Source of the DNA: Lama guanicoe
Taxonomy: Eukaryota
Assembly (NCBI GenBank): GCA_013239625.1
Contig: MU053588.1
Span: forward strand, 273,988 to 337,987
DNA: 64,000 bases
Reading direction: 5' to 3'
Below the pieces are notes generated by a model that had not been told where the DNA came from, ran no database searches, and worked only from the letters and a program-made list of their open reading frames with translations. Made by a program: the position numbers and the translations under genes. This document shows positions 54,341-64,000 of this stretch, one piece after another. Each line of letters opens with the position of its first letter. Position 1 is the stretch's first letter.

Positions 54341-54864
54341 AGTTCTTTTAAAAAAATCACAATAGGCTCTGACTGGGATTGAATGGACATAATCTGTAAG
54401 TTTAGTGAGGCTTAGTGGCTTTACGTTGTTGATTCCTCATATGTAAAAGCAAATTAAAAGATAGTTCTTTTAATGATTACTGTTATTAGCTGTTGTTTTA
54501 TTAATTATTTCTGTGACATTTCTTAACTAATATATTCCAAACTACGTGTTATTATGTAAGTGTACTTTATTATTTTCAGTATATTTATACTGAAAAAGTT
54601 AATTTTTATTATGACCTTGTAATATCATGTGGTATTAATGTTCTCAGCCCTGACTTTTTCTTGTTCACTTCTGCTCCTTATTAATCTTTTTTGGTTTCTT
54701 CTCTTTTCCTAAATATCTTAATGTTGGAGTGCTCCAGGGTTCCTTCCTTGCTCCTTTCTCTTCTCTTTATCTATACACATTCTCTTGGTAATACAGTCTC
54801 TTTAAATACCATTTATATGCTGGCAGCTCCCAATTTAAAAATCTCTAGTCCTGACCACTATCTT

Positions 54865-55310
54865 TTTTGTGTGTGTGTGTGATTTATAAATAGTTGATTT
54901 ATAGTATTAAATTAGCTTCAGGTGTACATCATAGTGATTCAAAATTTTTATAGATTATACTCCATTTATAGTTACTATAAAATATTAGCTGTATTCTTTG
55001 TGCTATATACTATATCCTTGTAGGTTATTTATTTTGTACATAGTAGTTTGTACCTCTTAATCCTCTACCCCTATCTTGCCCCTCCCTGCTTCCCTTTCAT
55101 CACTGGTAACTACCAGTTTGTTCTCTATATCTGTGAGTCTATTTCTGTTTTCTTATATTTGTTTGTTTTATTTTTTAGATTCAATATATAAGTGATAACA
55201 TATAGTATTTGTCTTTCTCTGACACTTTACTAAACATAATATCCTCTGGGTCCATCCATGTTGTTGCAAATGGCACGATTTCATTCTTTTTTATGACTGT
55301 GTAGTATTCC

Positions 55311-55359
<49 letters not shown>

Positions 55360-55897
55360 CACATGTTCCTCATCCATTCATCTGTTAATAAAATTTAGCT
55401 TGCTTCCATATCTTTGCTACTGTAAATAATATGCACTGAACATTGGGTTGCATGTATCTTTTTGAGTTAGTGTTTTCATTTTCTTCAGGTATATATATCT
55501 AGGCGTGGAATTGCTGAATCATATGATAGTTCTATTTTTAGTTTTTTGAGTTACCTCTGTACTGTTTTCCCTAGTGGCTGTACTAGTTTACATTCCCAAC
55601 AGTGTTCTAGGGTTCCCTTTTCACCACACCCTCACCAACATTTGTTATTTGTGGCCTTTTTGATGATAGCCATTCTGACATGTATGAAATGACATCTATT
55701 GTGGTTTTGATTTGCATTTCTCTGATGATTAGTGATGTTGAGCATCTTTTTATGTGCCTGTTGGCCATCTTCTTTGGTATATCTTCGGAGAAATTTCTAT
55801 TCAGGTCTTTTACCCATTTTTTAATCAAGTTGTTTGTTTTTTTAATATTGACTTGTGTGTCCTGTTTATATGTTATGGATATTAATGCCTTATCCTA
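54865..55897 (-). mobile_element. 5'-truncated LINE-1 (~1 kb) inserted into a LINE-2; contains (TG)22 at 55313-55356
   Basis: 12-bp TSD GACCACTATCTT (54853-54864 / 55898-55909); ORF 55607..55828 [23 protein letters not shown]. Confidence 0.9.
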
Positions 55898-55909
55898 GAC
55901 CACTATCTT

Positions 55910-56870
55910 AAACTTAGTCTCATGTGTCCATCTGCCTTCTCCACATTTCCATTTCAAAGTCTAAAAAACATATTAAGTTTATAATATTTAAAACTGAACT
56001 CTGGTTCTTCTGTACCTCACTACCTACATCTGCTACATCCATAGCCTTTCCCATCAGTGTTGATGGCTGTTCCATCCTTTCATTGTTCAGACCATAAACT
56101 TTGAAGGCATGGTTGTCTGTCTCTTTCTGTCACATTCTGTATCCAGTCTGTAAGGATATCCTCTTGGCTTTTCCTACAAAATACACCTAGACTCTGACCA
56201 CCTCTCTATACCTCCATTGATATCTCTCTGGTCTGAATCATTACCATCTCTCATGTTGATTGCTACAGTAATAGGTCCCCTTGCGTCTCCCCTTGCTTTC
56301 CACTTTCCAGTATTTTCATTAAACCGTAACTAGACATCACTTCTATACACATAACACTTCAGTGGTTCTCCATCTCACTCAGAGTAAAAGCTATATTACT
56401 TAGGAGACCTATAAAACTTAAATAATCTGATTATCCTTTACCCCCTGACTTCATCTTCTACTACATAGTCCTCTCCAGCCACACTGGCTTTCTTGCTATT
56501 CCTCAAAGAAACCAAACATGCTTCTACTTTTAGGCTATTTCTTCTTCCCAGAATGTTCTTTCTCCAGATATCTAAGTGACTAACTTGTTTTACTTCCTTC
56601 ACATCTTTGCTTTAACGTTAACTTTTTAATGATTCCTACCTTTGACTTCACCAAACTCCTGATCTCTCTTATCCTACTTTTCTTTTGGCCTAGCACTTAA
56701 GTGCCTTCTAACATACAATAAAATTTACTTATTTAACATTTATTTCCTATCTCCTCCAAGAACATAAGGTCCATGTAGTTAAGGATCTTTGTTTTGTTTA
56801 CTCTGATATCAGAAGCATCTAGAACAGTACCTGGCACAAGTTTCAATTAATGTTCTTGAAAGAAGCAACT
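55910..56870 (+). mobile_element. LINE-2 3' portion (continues from ~54640-54850)
   Basis: catctcactcagagtaaaagc; ctccagccacactggctttcttgctattcctc; tctagaacagtacctggcaca. Confidence 0.8.
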
Positions 56871-57121
56871 AGACGAATGGAGATTATTTGAATTCCTGTA
56901 TTATCCATACATGCATAAAATTAGAACCAAGTCCAACCACCTATGTAATTCCTTCTTGACCTGATAGTTACCTTGTTGATGTTCTTAATAATTCTCATCA
57001 TTCCTTCTCAAGTTTCTGTATGACCTATTTTCAGTTTATGTTCTTATACACATCAGAACTAGAAAAGCTAGTGTTTTTGTGGGCATTATTTGCTACTAAA
57101 TTCACAAACTCCACTTTATGA

Positions 57122-58900
<1,779 letters not shown>

Positions 58901-58954
58901 TTCCGCCTTATTTTATTCCAGTCTCCCTCTCTGGGCACTAGGCACTTCCCAAGA

Positions 58955-59300
58955 CTAAGAGCTTAGATTCTGGAAAATCATAGCTCTACTACTACTGTGG
59001 CTTTGTGTGACTGAGTAATTTGCTTGACTTATCTAAACCTCAGGGTTTTCTTTAATTCTTAAAATAGGGATAATAAAGGATATTGTAGAAATGTGAGTAT
59101 TAAATGAAGTAGTCTCTATTGTAGATTGGTGCATATTAGGTAAGAAATTTGCATGTAAAGTACTTAACATAGTGCATCAAATATTGCAAATATTCAGTTA
59201 AATAATAATAGCTAACATGTATTGAGTGCTTACTAGGCACTAGACACCGTTCTCCATACTCAACATATATTAACTCATTTACTCCTTACAGCTAAAATAT
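58955..59300. mobile_element. MIR fragments (plus, then minus)
   Basis: tgtgtgactgagtaatttgcttgactt..cctcag..taaaatagggataataa..gcatgtaaagtacttaacatagtg; aataatagctaacatgtattgagtgcttacta. Confidence 0.65.
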
Positions 59301-61194
59301 GATTCCTTAGTGGACAAAGCAGAACATCCATGCAAAGCAGCAGGTCAGAATTGGGAAAACCTAAAAATTTTGGACTATAAGTGGGAGTGTTTGGACTCTA
59401 AGTGAGTGTTGATACAGACACAAATAGTGGAACTCTAACACTTAAAACCAGTTTTAGGATGTTTCTAAAGAGAATGAGTTGGATAAACCAATTAAAGAAA
59501 ATTAAGATTCACTGAGACGAATACAGAACTTACATTTAGATCAAGACAAGAACAGAGAGGACTGCTATTTACTCCCAAAAGCCAATAAACATAGAAATTT
59601 GTACTGTACCATAAGAAAGCATCAGCCCCAGGTAATTATGTGGGTGAATCTAGGTAATTTCAAAAGCATTTAAACTGTTACATACCATAGAAAAAGAACA
59701 AAGTTTGTAAAAATTTTTATCAAGTGGCTGTAAAATGAAACTAAAAGGGGATTGAGGGAAGAAAACTACAAACTACTCAATATTCACTGAATGTGTAGAT
59801 ATATTGAGTAGCTCCAATTTGCCAGATACTGTTTTAGGTGTGAGGAGACAACATGATCAATACAAAGACCGTGTCCTCATGGAGTTAAATTCCGGAGGCT
59901 GAGAAAGTTAATGCTTAAATATAAAACAATTGATTTTGTAGACCCAGAAAACTAAAGAATAACAAAATAAATTGAAGCATATGAAACAGCCTAGGCTGAA
60001 GAGACTCAATAAAGTTATCAGTTAACTCCTAATTCACAGATTCATTGCAGTTCCAACCAGAATTCCTCAATGGGCATTTTTGCCCCTTAATTTCACAATT
60101 TTGTTTTCAAATTCATCTATGAAGTATGAATTCTCAAGAACAGCAAGAAAATTATTGAATCTGATCTATTTATAGAAATTCTGCATATGATAAAAATGGT
60201 TTATACCAGTAGAGAAAGTATAGTATAATTGACAATATACATCACAGTAATAAGGGAAACAAACACAAGTAAAACCACAGTAACTATTTCAAAATCATCA
60301 CATTGACAAAAGCATCACAGTACCAATTACCAGAAAGATGTGAAGCAATGGGAATAACATACAGTGCATTTGGGAATAATTTTTTAAAAAGGATAATTTG
60401 TCAATGTTTAGTAAAGTTGAAGATGTGGATACTCTGACTCAGCAATTCTGCACTTGAACCTCTACAGAGTCTCTCGTGTTCAGGGAGATGTACATGAAGA
60501 CCCACTTCAGTGTTGTTTGTGAGAATGAAAGCAATCAGAATTACCATTAGGGTTTAAAAATGTTAGAACTCAAAATGAACAAACTAGAGATACAGATACA
60601 TCTCAGAAACTATGGAAACTGAACTAGAGGGTAATTTGTATGATATGGTTCCACTTATTTATATAAAGTTTGAAAACATGCAAATCAACGCTGTATTTTC
60701 CATGGCTAAATACCATATGGAAATTGTGTAATAACATTCATGGAAATGATCATCAAATTGTGATGACCTCTGGAGAGGGAGAAAAATGAGACTGAGGTGA
60801 GGATGCAAGGGAGATATCTTTTCATCACTTATATGCCTAAAAAATTAATATGGGTAATTCTTCTAAGTTGATAAAGCTGATTGTGGGTTTTTATTCTTTG
60901 TATCTTTCTGTATATTTAAACTATTTCATAATTAAAACATTTAAGTAATGTCTTCCTTTTGTCATTTCTTTACTATACCTCACGTATGCCATATTCACCA
61001 TTCATCCAGACCATATTCACCGTTTTCTTCAGAAAGAAACTCATATACAGTCGACTTCCAGATGTAAACACTGTTAACAATTTGGTGATCATCCTTTCAG
61101 GAATCAGTGTTTTGAGGAATACTGTTTTCACACTGAGGATTTTATAGCCTACTAATGACATGTTATTATCCCTGTTAGTCTCCCCCATCCCCAC

Positions 61195-62085
61195 TGGCTT
61201 TGAGGTATGATTGACAGAATTGTATATATTTAAAGTGTACAATGAAATGTTTTGATATATTTATACATTGTGAAGTGATTACTACAATCAAGCTAATTAA
61301 CATATCCATCACCTCACATACCTACCATTTGTGTGTGTGGTAAGAACATCTGAGATCTACTGCCTTTGCAAATACCAAGTATACAATACATTATTATTAA
61401 CTATAGTTACCATGGTATACATTAGACCTTACTCATCTTGTAACTGAAAGTTTGTGCCCTTTGATCAATATCTCCCTCCCTGCTGCCCCCCATCCCTAGC
61501 CTCTGGTAACCACCATTCTGCTCTCTTATTATGAGTTCAACTGTTTTTTTAGAGTTCACATGTGACTGAGATAATATGGTATTTGTCTTTTTGTGTCTGG
61601 CTTATTTCCTTTAGCATAATGCCCTCCAGGTTTATCCATGTCATGTTCTCGTAAGTGGCAGGATCTCCCTTTTTAAGGCTGAATAATATCACATTGTATA
61701 TATACATCACATTTCCTTTATCCATCTGTCTACAGACACTAAGGTAGTTTCCATATCTAGGTTACTGTTAATAATGCTGTAACGAACATGGAGCTGCAGA
61801 TATCACTTTGAGATCCTGATTTCATTTCCTTTGACTATATACTCAGAAGTGGGATTGCTGGGTCATATGGCAGTTCTAATTTTAATTTTTTGAGAAACCT
61901 CCATACTGTTTTCAATAATGGATGTACCAATTTACAATCCCACCAAAAATGCACAAGGGTTCACTTTTCTCCACACCCTGCCAACACTTCTTATTTTGTT
62001 GTCTTTTTGATGATAGCCATTCTGACAGATGTGAGGTGGTATCTGATTGTGGTTTTGATTTGCATTTGTCTAATTATCAGTGATG
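61195..62085 (-). mobile_element. L1MA-type 3' end
   Basis: caagctaattaacatatccatcacctcacata; ctcagaagtgggattgctgggtcatatgg; gtggttttgatttgcattt. Confidence 0.85.
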
Positions 62086-62440
62086 GGTGTGGAATCTAAA
62101 CAAAGAGAAAAACCCAAACAAAACAAAATGAAAACAGACTTACAGATACAGAGAACAAATGGATGGTTGCCAGAAGGGAGGAGGTGGGGGTATGGGGGTA
62201 GGGGAACTAGATGAAGGGGATTAAGAGGTTCAAACCTGCAGTTACATAATAAATAAGTCATGGAGATGTCATATACAGCATAAAGAAGATGGTCAATAAT
62301 ATTGACTAACTTTGTATGAGGACAAATGGCTTCTAGACTTATAAGGATCATTTCACAATGTATGCAAATGTCAAATTATTATGTAGTACATTTGAAACTA
62401 ACATAGTATTTATTGTAGGTCAACTATTTCAACAAAAAAT
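62086..62440 (+). mobile_element. LINE-1 3'UTR fragment abutting the preceding L1 in opposite orientation
   Basis: tgtggaatctaaa..acagatacagagaacaaatggatggttgccaga..aataaataagtcatggagatgt..gtcaacta. Confidence 0.8.
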
Positions 62441-62739
62441 TAAGTTTTCCCATAATTCTTGACTTCTCAAAGAGTAAACCTCCAATTATTACTGCTTAAA
62501 CTCCTATTTCTGTTCTTGTAACTACTGAAATACGTCTATGTGTAGTCCTGAGGATCTTCTGATATTCAGTGTCATTTATTCACTTGGACTTTTTCACCTA
62601 AATCTCAAACCTTAAATGTCCCAAGGCAATTGCATCATATAAAAAATATATATTATATATATATTTATATATTTAAACCAAACCAGGTCTTCTGATTTCT
62701 CTTTATATGTTAATGCCACTGTTAACCCTCCAATTCAGT

Positions 62740-64000
62740 CAAGCTTAAAACTAAAATTTCAAATGTTGTCTAAACAACCATCTATAGTATCCATTTGAAA
62801 ACTTATTGTGGAACTTTATGTGAATACTTATGTGGGCATATTATTGTTCTCATTACTTTAGACGCTAAAGTTTTGGATCAGATTTAATGTTCTCTATAAA
62901 GGTCAAGCACATTTTGGCTGAATTTATTCCTAGGCATTTTATTTCTTATTTTATTGTTATTATTATAAATCGTGTTTTTTTTAAGTACATTATCTTATTC
63001 TTTCTTGCTGATATATGAAAACATGATGGGTTTTTGTTTAGAATTATATTCCACACCTCTCTTATTACTATTACTTCTAATAATTTATATATTTAAATTC
63101 TTTGGGGTTTTCTATATCCTCTCTCAATAAAGAAAAGTTCTTTCACAGTAATCTTTTTATTGTGTCTTCTGGTTTCTTCCCTCCCCTTGCCTTCTCTCCT
63201 CCCTTCCCAACTCCCTCCCTCCATTTCTTCCTTCCCTTCTTTCTGTTACACATGTTTTCTTCATCTTGCTAGAACCACAGTATAATGCTGAATAGAAATA
63301 AATATCCTTGTCTTGTTTCTAATTTATAAGGAAAAGTAATTCTAATGTGTTACCTTTAAGTATGATGTTTACTGTAGGTTTTTGAGGTAGATACCCTTTA
63401 TCAGGTTAAAGAATTTTCTCTCAGTTAAAAAGAAACAGTTTTGAATTTTACAAATGTTTTTGAACCTCTTAAGATTATAATATGATTTCTATTTAAGCAA
63501 TTAATGTGGTAGATTGTGCTAGTAGATTTTCTAATGTTAAGCTAACCTTAAATTATAGGGATAAACCAACTGCATCATGATGTGTCTGTGTATGCATGTA
63601 TAAAAGCTGTATTTATTTTCTAATTTTCAGTTATTTTGAATTTATAATCATATATAAGATTGACATCTAATTTTCCTTTCCTTTTAAAATTCATGTCTGT
63701 TATTGCCTCTGTGGTATTATTGGCTTTATATAATGAGTCGATGGACATTTTCTCCTATTCTCTGGAAGAACTGGTATGCAAATGGAATTGTTTCTTCAAA
63801 ATCTGGGGAAACTGTCCAGTAAAATTGTCTGCCCTGATGTTTCTTTGGGGAGGGTAAGTTTAGTTTTTCTGATTCTTCACTGTCTATTTACATTTTTTTT
63901 TTGGTCACTTTGGTAACTTATTTCTCTAAAAAACTTTTCATAACTACTATGTTTTCAAACTTATTAGCATGGGTTTTTTTTTTAATAATATTCTCTCATT
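62740..64000 (-). mobile_element. Ancient LINE-1 ORF2 remnant
   Basis: tttattcctaggcatttt; agtatgatgtttactgtaggttttt; gtagataccctttatcaggttaa; cagtaaaattgtctg. Confidence 0.65.

Noticed and set aside
59072..59589. ZNF570 polyadenylation site (AATAAA at 59072 and 59584)
   Set aside because: Several candidate hexamers occur in AT-rich repeat-derived DNA; the true site cannot be chosen from sequence alone.
61195..62440. Twin-priming inversion of a single L1
   Set aside because: Both arms include 3'-terminal UTR sequence and differ in sequence, so two independent insertions are more likely.

Overview
Mammalian genomic DNA, most likely a camelid, inferred from four tRNA-Ala-derived SINEs resembling the camelid Vic-1 family. 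The window holds two head-to-head KRAB C2H2 zinc-finger genes. ZNF569 is on the minus strand (ATG exon 19464-19478, KRAB-A 9290-9416, KRAB-B 8878-8973, finger exon from 1428 running off the left edge). ZNF570 is on the plus strand and complete (43085-43117, 47014-47140, 47475-47570, 57192-58546; 536 aa, 11 fingers). Two CpG islands (~32.1-33.2 kb and ~41.6-42.5 kb) carry ZNF143/SBS motifs. The rest is mostly LINE-1, LINE-2, LTR, SINE and DNA-transposon remnants. I found no new multi-gene system. The most notable observations are: (1) the ZNF570 C-terminal tail and stop codon appear to derive from a LINE-2 read in a shifted frame; (2) a U6 snRNA/LINE-1 chimeric retrocopy; (3) several TSD-flanked retrocopies of unidentified cellular RNA, including an ~820 bp G-rich insert with an octamer motif near the ZNF569 promoter; (4) a four-level nest L1 > LTR > SUMO2 pseudogene > ERV1 solo LTR between the two promoters; (5) a perfect 204 bp tandem duplication and L1 micro-insertions with likely 3' transductions. 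Gene and repeat-family names come from recalled sequences, not database searches. Boundaries of old repeats are approximate.
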